DNA of 64,000 nucleotides from Bulleidia sp. (GCA_963661665.1 CAVLCT010000001.1:27308-91307); one strand, 5' to 3'. Numbered from the stretch's first letter, positions 39,195 to 48,468 are shown. Notes: a model not told the origin generated them from the letters alone. Program-made: numbers and translations.

Positions 39195-40199
39195 CTACTT
39201 CTGGGTGTCGGCGATCATCTTGGTGAGCTCGGCAGGAATCTTCTTGCCGAATTCGTCGCGCACGCCCTGGGTCATCTTGTAGAGTTCAGCAAATTCGGCG
39301 TCTGAGAAGTTGTGCACCTTGGCGCCGTTCTTGACGAAATTCTTCAGAGCCTCGTCTTCCAGCTTGGGAGAGATGGAACGTTCCCAGGCAAGGGCTTCGG
39401 CAGCAGCCTCGCGCAGGACCTTCTGCTGCTCGGGCTTCAGGCTGTCGAACTTGGCCTTGTTCATCAGCAGGAAGTGCATGGAGTAGTTGTGCTGGCTGTT
39501 GGTCACGTACTTCAGAACTTCGGAGTGCTTGGCGGCGTCAAGCAGGCCGTAGGTATTGCCTTCGCCGTCAACTGTGCCCTGCTGCAGGGCTGTGTAGGTT
39601 TCACCCCAGGCGATGGGGGCGGGGTTCATGCCGAAAGCCTTGGCAACGGCAACTTCCACGGGAGAGTCGGTGGTACGGACCTTGAGGCCCTTGAAGTCAG
39701 CAGCCTTCTCGACGGGGCGGTTGGCGGTGCAGAAGCTGCGGTAGCCGTACTCGCTGGTCATCAGCAGTTCCAGGCCGATGGAGTTGCAGAGCTTTTTGTA
39801 GTACTCGCCGAGTTCGCCGTTATCCAAAGCCTTGTACAGGTTATCCTGGTACTTGGGGTTGGTCACATAGGGAAGGTCGAGAGCCATGAAATGAGGATGG
39901 AAGCTGGCCAGGTTGGGGGTGGAGCTGGAGGACAGATCCAGTGTGCCGGCCTGGGCGGCTTCGGTGGTCACACGGTCAGAGCCGATCTGGCAGTTGCCGA
40001 AGATGGCAATTTTCATGGTGCCTTTGCTTTTTTCAGCTACCAGTTCGGCAAACTTTTCATAGCCCAGGGTAACGTTGTTGCCGGGAGCCATGGGGTGGCC
40101 GAGACGCAGTGTCAGGGGACGGGCTGCCTCAGATGTGCTGGCGCTGAAGAGGAAGCCGAAGGCTGCCAGGATAGCAGCGCAGAGGAACAGTTTTTTCAT
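39195..40199 (-). CDS. TRAP transporter solute-binding protein (DctP family)
   Basis: The signal peptide is MKKLFLCAAILAAFGFLFSASTSEA. LRLGHPMAPGN... and the DctP fold layout follow. Start at ATG 40199 inside ORF 39195..40325. Confidence 0.9.
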   Translation of the reverse strand: MKKLFLCAAILAAFGFLFSASTSEAARPLTLRLGHPMAPGNNVTLGYEKFAELVAEKSKGTMKIAIFGNCQIGSDRVTTEAAQAGTLDLSSSSTPNLASFHPHFMALDLPYVTNPKYQDNLYKALDNGELGEYYKKLCNSIGLELLMTSEYGYRSFCTANRPVEKAADFKGLKVRTTDSPVEVAVAKAFGMNPAPIAWGETYTALQQGTVDGEGNTYGLLDAAKHSEVLKYVTNSQHNYSMHFLLMNKAKFDSLKPEQQKVLREAAAEALAWERSISPKLEDEALKNFVKNGAKVHNFSDAEFAELYKMTQGVRDEFGKKIPAELTKMIADTQK

Positions 40200-40311
40200 A
40201 ACATACCTCAATGCATTGAAGGGATGGGGGAGGATCTTGCGATCCCTTGTATATGAAAGGATTGGGCTTCCCACTCCGCAGGGACCGGGAAGCGGTTTCT
40301 GGAAAGGAACG

Positions 40312-40325
40312 TTGCATTTGTGCAA
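40312..40325. promoter_or_regulatory. TTGCA-N4-TGCAA palindrome (site in TRAP leader)
   Basis: TTGCATTTGTGCAA, extendable to CGTTGCA/TGCAACG. Lies between the minus-strand sigma-54 promoter candidate and the dctP start. Confidence 0.4.
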
Positions 40326-40486
40326 CGCTTCGCTTTTGCATACTAGCTAACAAATTTGATAGTAAAAAAGGCAAAAAAACGGCATTGCAGGCGTGAGGCG
40401 CCTTTTATTACGGCTGAATCGCTGCCGCAGGAGCATGCGCCAAAAAGAACAAAATACAATGTAGCTACACGCTATAAAACTATTAA

Positions 40487-40502
40487 AGCAAAAAATGTGC
40501 CT
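40487..40502 (-). promoter_or_regulatory. sigma-54 (-24/-12) promoter candidate for the TRAP operon
   Basis: The minus strand reads AGGCAC-ATTTT-TTGCT, against the consensus TGGCAC-N5-TTGCW. It lies about 290 nt upstream of the dctP ATG. Confidence 0.6.
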
Positions 40503-40814
40503 TATTATCAGCCAGTCTGTGCGTGACGCCACAAACTGGCGTGTATGCTGAAAGCAGGCTGTCCTGAGTGAAAAATGTTTTCTGCATGGAAGAGGGCTTT
40601 TTCAAGGCCTGTGCGCTAAAATCAACTGCCTGAGAGGCAGTGATGCTGTCTTTTGTGAAAATGTTCTTTGGGGAATGCTCTTCCTGTTGCAGGATACAAT
40701 AGTTATACCTATTTGCTCCTTTTTTCGCAAATTACTTTTTTGCTTTTGCAGGTGATGCCTTCAGCCTGGCTGCCAGTCCTGAAACGGGATGTGCCTGCTT
40801 TTAGGTAAAATATG

Positions 40815-40828
40815 TTGCAATAATGCAA
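40815..40828. promoter_or_regulatory. TTGCA-N4-TGCAA palindrome (candidate enhancer/UAS)
   Basis: TTGCAATAATGCAA in an AT-rich divergent intergenic region. It is about 120 nt upstream of the 40936 promoter candidate and about 310 nt upstream of the 40502 one. Confidence 0.4.
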
Positions 40829-40935
40829 TTATTAACAAAATAGACAGTGCATAAGTGCATTATTTATTAATACTAATAGAAATTATTCACAATTAGGAAC
40901 AAAAATACACCCTCAGTATGGCAAATTGTTCATTT

Positions 40936-40951
40936 AGGAACGATTTCTGCA
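40936..40951 (+). promoter_or_regulatory. weaker sigma-54 promoter candidate upstream of the amidohydrolase gene
   Basis: AGGAAC-GATTT-CTGCA with correct GG-N10-GC spacing. It lies 127 nt upstream of ATG 41078. The -24 element is imperfect (GGAAC). Confidence 0.4.
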
Positions 40952-41077
40952 TACAGCAAATACAAAGCAGATCATGCGGCCTTTTCTGGAACAGTCAGGA
41001 AAGCCTGCCTGATCATGTATGCGATGCCTTTCCGCCTTCCGGGAGGGCTTCTTTCCTTAAAGCAAAAGGATGAACCA

Positions 41078-41917
41078 ATGAAGATCTTTGATTTTCGTTT
41101 CCGTCCCAATACCAAGGAAATCCTTGACGGCATAGCCAATTCGGCCATGTTCAAGGCTTCCTGCGAGGCCAGCGGCTTTGACAAGCGTGTTGCCCAGACC
41201 TTGCCTGAAATTGTGGATGATCTGAAAAAGCGTGGTGTATGCGGCGGCGTCATTACAGGACGTGACTGCGAGACAACCTATGGCTCTCCGGCCAACAACG
41301 GCAGCGTCCTGGAATTCTGCCAGGCCTATCCGGACTTTTTCTATGGCTTCTGGGGCATTGACCCCCACAAGGGCATGAACAGTGTCCGCGAAGTGGAAAA
41401 GGTTGTTAAGGAATACGGCATGCGCGGCATTGCCACCGACCCCTATCTTGCGCACATCAAGCCTTCCGAGGCCCGCTACTATCCCATCTACGCCAAGTGT
41501 TGCGAGCTGAATGTCCCTGTCTTCATTACCACAGCTCCGCCGCCGGCAGTTCAGGGTGCCCTTATTGAGTACACCGACCCCAGGGATGTTGACAAAGTAG
41601 CCCGTGACTTCCCCGAGCTGACCATCATTATGAGCCACGGCGGCTATCCCTTTGTCCAGGAAGCCATCTTCACCTGCCAGAGAAATCCCAACGTCTACAT
41701 GGATCTCTCCGAGTATGAGCTGGCTCCCATGGCAACTCATTATATTGAGTCGCTTACCAAGGGCATACTGGCTGACAAGATTATCTTTGCCAGCGCTCAT
41801 CCCTTTATTGAACAGGTTGACGCCATTAAAAACTACATGGAAATGGGCCTCAGCGAAGAAACACTTGAAAAGGTGCTGTACAAGAACGCTGCCCGTATTC
41901 TCGGCCTTTCCCTGTAG
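41078..41917 (+). CDS. amidohydrolase_2 (PF04909-like TIM-barrel) family protein, atypical metal-site residues
   Basis: The layout is MKIFDFRFRP..., ...IIMSHGGYPF..., ...IIFASAHPF... The first-strand position where the family normally has D/HxH reads DFRFR. Start at MKIFD within ORF 41015..41917. Confidence 0.75.
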   Translation: MKIFDFRFRPNTKEILDGIANSAMFKASCEASGFDKRVAQTLPEIVDDLKKRGVCGGVITGRDCETTYGSPANNGSVLEFCQAYPDFFYGFWGIDPHKGMNSVREVEKVVKEYGMRGIATDPYLAHIKPSEARYYPIYAKCCELNVPVFITTAPPPAVQGALIEYTDPRDVDKVARDFPELTIIMSHGGYPFVQEAIFTCQRNPNVYMDLSEYELAPMATHYIESLTKGILADKIIFASAHPFIEQVDAIKNYMEMGLSEETLEKVLYKNAARILGLSL

Positions 41918-42013
41918 AATTGCCCTTGCCGGCTGACGCTCCTGATTCAGCCTGTATTCCCGCTCCTGAAGAGCATGCTTCCTGCGTGTTCTTCAAGGGC
42001 GGGATTTTTTTTG

Positions 42014-42027
42014 TTGCAAAAATGCAA
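42014..42027. promoter_or_regulatory. TTGCA-N4-TGCAA palindrome (candidate enhancer/UAS)
   Basis: TTGCAAAAATGCAA, about 285 nt upstream of the 42300 sigma-54 promoter candidate. Confidence 0.4.
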
Positions 42028-42113
42028 TATAAAAAGCTAATGCTTAAGTGTTTTGTATTGCGTAAGAATTTATGCTTGCCGATGGCGGAATCTTGTGAAG
42101 AGAATAATTTTTG

Positions 42114-42181
42114 TTGCAATTTTGCTGCTATTGGCAAGAGCATGTACCAAAAGGCACATGCTGTATGTTGCAATATTGCCT
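42114..42181. promoter_or_regulatory. two degenerate copies of the same palindrome
   Basis: TTGCAATTTTGCTG (42114-42127) and TTGCAATATTGCCT (42168-42181), located 120-185 nt upstream of the 42300 promoter candidate. Confidence 0.35.
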
Positions 42182-42299
42182 TATTATACCTGTGCTGCCA
42201 CAAATAAGGCGCCGCATGCCTGCATATCTCTGCGCTGAAAATCACGAATAAGAGCCAAAACCAATAGAATAGCGCACAGCTGTGGAAAGAAACGCCTGT

Positions 42300-42315
42300 T
42301 GGCATGATACATGCT
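42300..42315 (+). promoter_or_regulatory. sigma-54 (-24/-12) promoter candidate for the GRE operon
   Basis: TGGCAT-GATAC-ATGCT against the consensus TGGCAC-N5-TTGCW. It lies about 110 nt upstream of ATG 42425. Confidence 0.6.
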
Positions 42316-42424
42316 TTACCAAAAAACAAGTGCGCCACAGCTGCTTTTTTAAGATGCTGCCGCAAGTACTTGTGAAAATTAACTCAGAACCCATTCCAAC
42401 CAAAAGACACTTTGGAGGATAGAT

Positions 42425-44929
42425 ATGACAGCTCCCGTAACTGAATGCTGCCTGCGTTCTCCCCAGGAGAAACGCATTCAGGACAAGATCGACGGCAAGG
42501 TCGATAAGTTCCGCAAGACCCACGAGCGCGTGTTCCGCATGCTGGAGCGCTTTGACGGCCAGAAGCCCAGGATCGACATTGAGCGTGCCCTGTACTTCAC
42601 CCAGTCCATGAAGGAGACCGAGGGCGAGCCCCTGGTGCTCCGCTGGTCCAAGGCTTTGATGAATGTCGCCAAGAACATCACCGTGACAGTGGACGAGGAC
42701 CAGCTGGTCCTGGGCCGCGCCGGCGGTGTCAAGGGCCGTTACGGCATCCTGTATCCCGAACTGGACGGCGACTTCCTGGATATTGCTGTCAAGGACCTGC
42801 CCACCCGCAAGACTTCTCCTGCCTCCATTACGCCCGAGGACGCCGAGCACGTGGTGAACGATGTTGCTCCCTACTGGAAAGGCAAGACCTTCCACGAAGC
42901 CCTCAATGCAGCCCTTCCTCCCGAAGTGCACAAGCTGACCTATGACGATCCCCAGGGCCTTATCTCCCGCTACATCGTCAATGAGACTGCTTCCTTCCGC
43001 TCCTCCATCCAGTGGGTGCATGACTACGAAAAAATCCTGAAGAGAGGCTTTAACGGCATCAAGAAGGAAGCCCAGGAAAAACTGGCTGCCCTTGATCAGC
43101 TCTCCTGCAAGGATATGTGCGAAAAGAAGCCCTTCCTTGATGCTGTCGTCATCGTCTGCGACGCCATCGTGCTCTGGGCTCACCGCTATGCCGATGCAGC
43201 CAGGCTTGAAGCTGAAAAGACTACAGATCCAGTCCGCAAGGCCGAGCTTCTGCGCATGGCTGCCAATGCCGACCATGTGCCTGGCGAGCCTGCCCGTGAT
43301 TTCTGGGAAGCCTGCCAGAGCCAGTGGTTTACCCAGATGTTCTCCCGCCTGGAACAGAAGACCGGTACCACCATTTCCAACGGCCGCATGGACCAGTACT
43401 TCTATCCCTTCTACAAGGCTGATATCGAGTCCGGTGCCATTACCGAAGACAAGGCTCTGGAAATCCTGGAATGCATGTGGGTAGGCATGGCCGAGTTCAT
43501 CGACATGTACATCTCTCCCACCGGCGGCGCCTTTAACGAAGGCTATGCCCACTGGGAAGCAGTGACTGTCGGCGGCCAGACTCCTGACGGCCGTGACGCC
43601 ACCAACGAGCTCACCCACCTCATCCTCCGCTCCAAGAGGGAATTCCCCCTGCACTATCCGGATCTCGCAGCCCGCGTGCACAGCGCAAGCCCTGAGGAAT
43701 ACCTGATGGACGTGGCCGAAACCATCAAGTTCGGCTCCGGCTTCCCCAAGCTCATCAACGACGAAGAAGTCGTGCCCCTGTACGTTTCCAAGGGCGCTAC
43801 CTTTGAAGAGGCCTACGACTACGCCGTTTCCGGCTGCACCGAGGCCCGTATGCCCAACCGTGACACCTACACCTCCGGCGGCGCCTATGTGAACTTCGCC
43901 GCTGCCGTGGAAATGGTGCTCCGCAACGGCCGCATGAAGAAATACGGCGACCAGGTGCTTGGCCTTGAAACTGGCGATCCCAGAAACTTCAAGACCTGGG
44001 ACGAATTCTGGAATGCCTATGTGCAGCAGCACACCCTGTTCATGCGCACGGCCTTCATCCAGCAGTACATCATCAACAAGCTGCGTGCCGAGCACTTTGC
44101 CCAGCCCATGGGTTCTGCCATGCACGACCTCTGCATGAAGCACTGCATAGACCTGCATCAGGAACAGATCCCCGAAGGCATCAACTTCGGCTACTTTGAA
44201 TACATGGGCCTCGGCACCGTGGTTGACTCCCTGTGTGCTGTCAAGAAGCTTGTCTTTGAGGACAAGAGCGTCACCATGGACGAGCTCATCAAGGCCCTTG
44301 ATGCCAACTTTGAGGGCTATGAAGCCCTGAAGGCCAAGCTGAAGTCCTGCCCCTGCTACGGCAACAACGATCCCTATGCCGATGAAATCGGCCGCGCCAT
44401 CGACAAGCTGAGCGTCGAGTACGGCAACAAGTACAGCATGAAGGACCTGGGCATGCACAACGACGTGCGCTACGTGCCCTTCACCTCCCATGTACCCTTC
44501 GGCAAGGTTGTCAGCGCAACACCCAACGGCCGTGTTGACTGGTTCCCGCTGTCCGACGGTTCCTCCGCCTCTCATGGCGCAGATGTCAACGGTCCCACCG
44601 CAGTTCTGCTGTCCAACTACAACACCAAGAACTACGGCTACCATGACCGTGCTGCCCGTATGCTGAACCTCAAGTTTACGCCCAAGTGCGTCGAAGGCGA
44701 GGCCGGCACCGAGAAGCTGGTGCAGTTCATCCGTACCTTCGTTGACCTGAAGCTGTGGCATGTGCAGTTTAACGTCATCAATGCCGACACGCTTATCAAG
44801 GCTCAGAAGAATCCCGAAAAGTACCGCAGCCTCATCGTCCGTATCGCAGGCTACAGTGCCTACTTTGTGGATCTGTCGCCTGACCTGCAAAATGACCTCA
44901 TTGCCCGTACCGTGCATGAGAGCATCTAA
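42425..44929 (+). CDS. islA: glycyl radical enzyme, isethionate sulfite-lyase-like (IslA/IseG family)
   Basis: 834-aa PFL-fold protein. The C-terminal glycyl radical motif is [10 protein letters not shown] (Gly809). The catalytic loop is AVSGCTEA (Cys471/Glu473). The motifs FRSSIQW, AHW and VRYVPF match what I recall of the IslA sulfonate pocket. ATG follows GGAGG. Confidence 0.8.
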   Translation: MTAPVTECCLRSPQEKRIQDKIDGKVDKFRKTHERVFRMLERFDGQKPRIDIERALYFTQSMKETEGEPLVLRWSKALMNVAKNITVTVDEDQLVLGRAGGVKGRYGILYPELDGDFLDIAVKDLPTRKTSPASITPEDAEHVVNDVAPYWKGKTFHEALNAALPPEVHKLTYDDPQGLISRYIVNETASFRSSIQWVHDYEKILKRGFNGIKKEAQEKLAALDQLSCKDMCEKKPFLDAVVIVCDAIVLWAHRYADAARLEAEKTTDPVRKAELLRMAANADHVPGEPARDFWEACQSQWFTQMFSRLEQKTGTTISNGRMDQYFYPFYKADIESGAITEDKALEILECMWVGMAEFIDMYISPTGGAFNEGYAHWEAVTVGGQTPDGRDATNELTHLILRSKREFPLHYPDLAARVHSASPEEYLMDVAETIKFGSGFPKLINDEEVVPLYVSKGATFEEAYDYAVSGCTEARMPNRDTYTSGGAYVNFAAAVEMVLRNGRMKKYGDQVLGLETGDPRNFKTWDEFWNAYVQQHTLFMRTAFIQQYIINKLRAEHFAQPMGSAMHDLCMKHCIDLHQEQIPEGINFGYFEYMGLGTVVDSLCAVKKLVFEDKSVTMDELIKALDANFEGYEALKAKLKSCPCYGNNDPYADEIGRAIDKLSVEYGNKYSMKDLGMHNDVRYVPFTSHVPFGKVVSATPNGRVDWFPLSDGSSASHGADVNGPTAVLLSNYNTKNYGYHDRAARMLNLKFTPKCVEGEAGTEKLVQFIRTFVDLKLWHVQFNVINADTLIKAQKNPEKYRSLIVRIAGYSAYFVDLSPDLQNDLIARTVHESI

Positions 44930-44968
44930 GGGAAAGCCGTAAGCAGGCTGCCATTTCCATGAAAGTAT

Positions 44969-45047
44969 CCCTGGCAGGTCTCTGGCCTGCCAGGGCAAGA
45001 CACGCAAAAGGGCCTGTTCCCTCCTTGAAACAAGAGAGAACAGGCCC
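44969..45047 (+). other. two intercistronic stem-loops between GRE and activase genes
   Basis: CCCTGGCAGG (44969-44978) pairs with CCTGCCAGGG (44986-44995). GGGCCTGTTCCCTC (45010-45023) pairs with GAGAGAACAGGCCC (45034-45047). No clear U-run follows. Confidence 0.5.
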
Positions 45048-45081
45048 TCACGCATGAAATTAAGGTCCGGAGGGAAACCGT

Positions 45082-46041
45082 ATGGGCAGAATGGAAGACA
45101 AGAAGACCACAGGCCTGGTATTTAATATCCAGAAATATTCCGTCCATGACGGACCCGGCATCAGGACGATAGCCTTTCTGAAAGGCTGTCACCTGCGCTG
45201 CAAGTGGTGCAGCAATCCGGAGTCGCAACTGAAGCACCCTGAACTGGCTGTGAACAACAACCGTTGCATAGGAACGGACAAGTGCCAGTACTGCATGGAT
45301 GCCTGTCCCAATGGTGCCCTCTATGCCGACGGAACAAAGATTGCCGTGCATCGCGAAAAATGCGAGGGCTGTACTGATATGCCCTGTGCCAAGGCCTGTC
45401 CTGCACAGGGACTTCTTGTCTATGGTTCTCTCCGCACCGTTGACGATGTGCTGAAGGTTATTCAGCAGGATTCACCTTTTTATGCCAGATCAGGCGGCGG
45501 CATGACACTGTCCGGCGGAGAGCCCTTTGTGCAGGCAGAATTTGCCCTGGCCCTTTTGCGCGAAGCCAGGGCCCGCTATGTGCGCACAGCCGTGGAAACA
45601 TGCGGCTGCTGCGACCAGAATGTGCTTATGGAAGCAGGGCGCTACCTGCAGTACGTCCTCTTTGATATCAAGCATATGGATTCTGACATCCACAAGGCCC
45701 AGACCGGCATGCCCAACAAGCTTATCCAGGACAACCTGAAGATGCTGTGCAAGACGTATCCTGATACGCCAATCCTTGTGCGCACGCCTGTAATCCCCGG
45801 CTTCAATGACAACAAGGAGGCCATCCAGGGCATAGCTTCCTTTGTGGACGAGCTTTCAAGAACATATAACGAGCATGTCGGCTATGAAATGCTTGCCTAC
45901 CACCGCCTTGGCACGCAGAAGTACGAATTCCTGGACAAGCCCATGCCCATGGGCGATGTCAAGCTGAGCAAGAGGCTCTTTGCCGAACTGCAGGAAGAGG
46001 CGCACAAGATTCTGGGGGATCGCCTGCATACGTCGAAATAG
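45082..46041 (+). CDS. islB: glycyl-radical enzyme activating protein (radical SAM)
   Basis: The radical-SAM motif is CHLRCKWC (CX3CX2C) after GIRTIAFLKG. Two ferredoxin-like clusters are present: CIGTDKCQYCMDACP and CEGCTDMPCAKACP. GGGMTLSGGEP is also present. Confidence 0.85.
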   Translation: MGRMEDKKTTGLVFNIQKYSVHDGPGIRTIAFLKGCHLRCKWCSNPESQLKHPELAVNNNRCIGTDKCQYCMDACPNGALYADGTKIAVHREKCEGCTDMPCAKACPAQGLLVYGSLRTVDDVLKVIQQDSPFYARSGGGMTLSGGEPFVQAEFALALLREARARYVRTAVETCGCCDQNVLMEAGRYLQYVLFDIKHMDSDIHKAQTGMPNKLIQDNLKMLCKTYPDTPILVRTPVIPGFNDNKEAIQGIASFVDELSRTYNEHVGYEMLAYHRLGTQKYEFLDKPMPMGDVKLSKRLFAELQEEAHKILGDRLHTSK

Positions 46042-46241
46042 AGAGAGGCCTGCCACATTTTTTTGCTCCTGATGGTGCCTTGTGCATGTCAGGGGCTTTT
46101 TTTGCGTCAGGTGTGCAGGGGCAGGTTGCAAAACGGCTGGACTGACTGCCAATGAGTGGTATACATTCCATACGCTTTCAGAGTCTTTTTTTGCCATTCA
46201 GGAATGTGCCCCGTCTTTGCATTTTGGGCCCGAGCGTTCTC

Positions 46242-47666
46242 ATGGATACAAAGATACATGCCTCAATTGCAAGTCATTTTGATGCCATACTCGATGTCCT
46301 CTCGGAAGGTGTCTATATTACGGATACTGCCGGGAAGACGTTGTATGTCAACAGGATGTATGAACAGCTTACCGGGTACAAGCTGGCCCAGCTTGGCGGT
46401 GTCAATGTGCGGGATCTTCTGGACAACGGGGCTTTTGATATTGCGCTCAATCCGGAAATCGTCAAAACGCACAAGCCAAGCACTAGGGTCCAGCGCCTGA
46501 AAAACGGCAAAACCCTGGTCTTAAGCGGCTATCCTGTCTTTGGGGAGAACGGTGAGCTGTGCTTTGTGGTGACCTTTGCCAGGGATATTACTGTCCTCCA
46601 GGAGCTTAACTCCAGGGTGGCCCATCACAGGGAAATGCTTAAGGCCACGCAGGAGCTGCAGCACATTTACATGGCCAAGGAGAAAAAAGACAGCGATATC
46701 GTCATGGAGTCAGCCAGTCCTGCCATGAACAGGGTGCTGGAAATGGTGGACACGCTGGCCCAGACAGATGCAACTGTCCTGATCCTGGGCGAGACTGGTG
46801 TTGGCAAGGATGTCATAGCCCGCCTGCTGCACGGGCGGAGCTTCAGGGGCGACAAGCTGCCAATCAAGGTTGACTGCGGCGGCATTGCCGAATCCCTGAT
46901 AGAATCGGAGCTGTTCGGCTACGTAGCCGGGGCATTCACGGGCGCCTCGTCCAAGGGCAAGGCCGGCTATTTTGAAATTGCCAGCGGCAGCACTATTTTC
47001 CTTGATGAAATAGGCGAACTGCCCATGAGTATGCAGACCCGCCTTTTGCGTGTTCTGCAGGACGGCGTCATACAGCGTGTCGGGTCCACTGCCCCCAAGA
47101 AGGTGGATGTGCGCATTATTGCGGCAACCAACCGCAACCTTGAGGACTGCATCAGGGAAGGGACGTTCAGAAGCGATCTCTATTACCGGCTTAACGTAGC
47201 CACAATCAATATTCCGCCCCTGCGCGAAAGGCCTGAGGATATTGATCTTCTTGCCAGCAAATTCCTGAACACCTATTCGGCCAAGTACAGGAAGACGCTG
47301 AGCTTCAAGGACGAGACCATGTCCATACTGCGCAGCTACTCCTGGCCCGGCAACGTGCGCCAGCTGCAGAATCTGGTGCACAGCATGGTCATCACCGCCA
47401 AGGGATCGGTGCTTTCGCCGGACGAGCTTCCTGCATCCATTTCCGGGATACGCAAGGAAGAGCATCTTTTTTCTGATTACCTTAAGGCTGACGGCCGTTC
47501 CCTGCACGATATCATGCACGACATGGAAGCGGAGTTTCTCCTCAAGGCCATCAGGCAGTACGGGTCCATACAGAAGGTGGCCGATGTCTTTCAGGTTGAC
47601 AGGACAACAATTTTCCGCAAGACCCGCAACTACAAAAAGACTATGTCCAAGGATGCGGCCGGATAG
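46242..47666 (+). CDS. PAS domain sigma-54-dependent transcriptional activator (enhancer-binding protein)
   Basis: The N-terminal PAS domain reads LDVLSEGVYITDTAGKTLYVNRMYEQLTGY. The AAA+ domain has Walker A GETGVGKD, ESELFGY and the sigma-54 contact motif GAFTGA. The C-terminal Fis-type HTH is IQKVADVFQVDRTTIFRK. There is no receiver domain. Confidence 0.9.
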   Translation: MDTKIHASIASHFDAILDVLSEGVYITDTAGKTLYVNRMYEQLTGYKLAQLGGVNVRDLLDNGAFDIALNPEIVKTHKPSTRVQRLKNGKTLVLSGYPVFGENGELCFVVTFARDITVLQELNSRVAHHREMLKATQELQHIYMAKEKKDSDIVMESASPAMNRVLEMVDTLAQTDATVLILGETGVGKDVIARLLHGRSFRGDKLPIKVDCGGIAESLIESELFGYVAGAFTGASSKGKAGYFEIASGSTIFLDEIGELPMSMQTRLLRVLQDGVIQRVGSTAPKKVDVRIIAATNRNLEDCIREGTFRSDLYYRLNVATINIPPLRERPEDIDLLASKFLNTYSAKYRKTLSFKDETMSILRSYSWPGNVRQLQNLVHSMVITAKGSVLSPDELPASISGIRKEEHLFSDYLKADGRSLHDIMHDMEAEFLLKAIRQYGSIQKVADVFQVDRTTIFRKTRNYKKTMSKDAAG

Positions 47667-47699
47667 GCCGTGTGCCTTCTGTTATTGGCGGCAACAGTC

Positions 47700-48410
47700 A
47701 TGACTATGCAAAATACACTATCTTCCCCGCAGTCTTACCAGCAGTCCTTTCACCCCCTGTCCGATGAGGATCTGGAAAGGATCCCTGACGTGCCAAGGCC
47801 TCTGCACTCTGTCCCGGAGCTCAATCTGGCTCCCAAGATAAATGCACATATCCCTGATGATGAGGAATGTGCAAGGCTGTGGGACAAATACAGCATGTTT
47901 GACAACATCAGGGCGCACTGCCTGCTGGTAGCCGATGTGGCGACAGAGCTTGCGACAAAGGCCGCCATGTCCGGACTGCCTGTGTCTGTTCCCGAAGTGA
48001 GGGCCGCAGGTCTTTTGCATGATATTGCCAAAACGTACTGCGTGTGCCATGGAGGCGGGCACGCCGACCTTGGCGCTTCCTGGGTTGTGCAGGAAACGCA
48101 TAACCACCGCATAGCGCAGGGCGTCTTCCATCATGTCTGGTGGCCCTGGGAACTGCCTTTGGAAAATGCGCAGCGCCTGTGCTCCCTGCCTTTCTTCATC
48201 CTGTATGCAGACAAAAGGGCCAGGCATGATGAATTTGTCACGCTTGAGGAGCGCTATACTGACCTGTATGAGCGCTACGGGAAGACGGATGTTCGCAAAA
48301 AGTCCATTTACATGGGGTATTTGCAGGGCAAGGCCGTTGAAAACGGCCTCTCAAGATGCCTGGGAATGGACCTGAGCAGCTGGCATCCATCCAGAAGAAC
48401 GGTCCTGTAA
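47700..48410 (+). CDS. HD domain-containing phosphohydrolase-like protein
   Basis: H...LLHDIAKTY (HD motif) plus later His residues. The start is uncertain (GTG 47670 or ATG 47700). Confidence 0.65.
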   Translation: MTMQNTLSSPQSYQQSFHPLSDEDLERIPDVPRPLHSVPELNLAPKINAHIPDDEECARLWDKYSMFDNIRAHCLLVADVATELATKAAMSGLPVSVPEVRAAGLLHDIAKTYCVCHGGGHADLGASWVVQETHNHRIAQGVFHHVWWPWELPLENAQRLCSLPFFILYADKRARHDEFVTLEERYTDLYERYGKTDVRKKSIYMGYLQGKAVENGLSRCLGMDLSSWHPSRRTVL

Positions 48411-48468
48411 GATGGCACTATAAGATGGCGTTGCAAGAACGATCCTGACAGAGGAAAAGTAACAAGGT

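Noticed and set aside
39312-40256. 314-aa plus-strand ORF
   Set aside because: It is antisense to the DctP gene, with a Gly/Val/Ala-rich translation and no start signal.
40917-40933. TGGCAA-ATTGT-TCATT as a sigma-54 promoter
   Set aside because: The -12 element lacks the invariant GC. The neighbouring AGGAAC-N5-CTGCA (40936-40951) fits better.
42242-45055. 937-aa ORF on the minus strand, the longest ORF in the region
   Set aside because: It is exactly antisense to the glycyl radical enzyme gene. Its translation is Gly/Val/Ala/His/Leu-rich low-complexity sequence with no motif. It is a typical shadow ORF of a GC3-rich gene. The plus-strand product has unmistakable GRE motifs.
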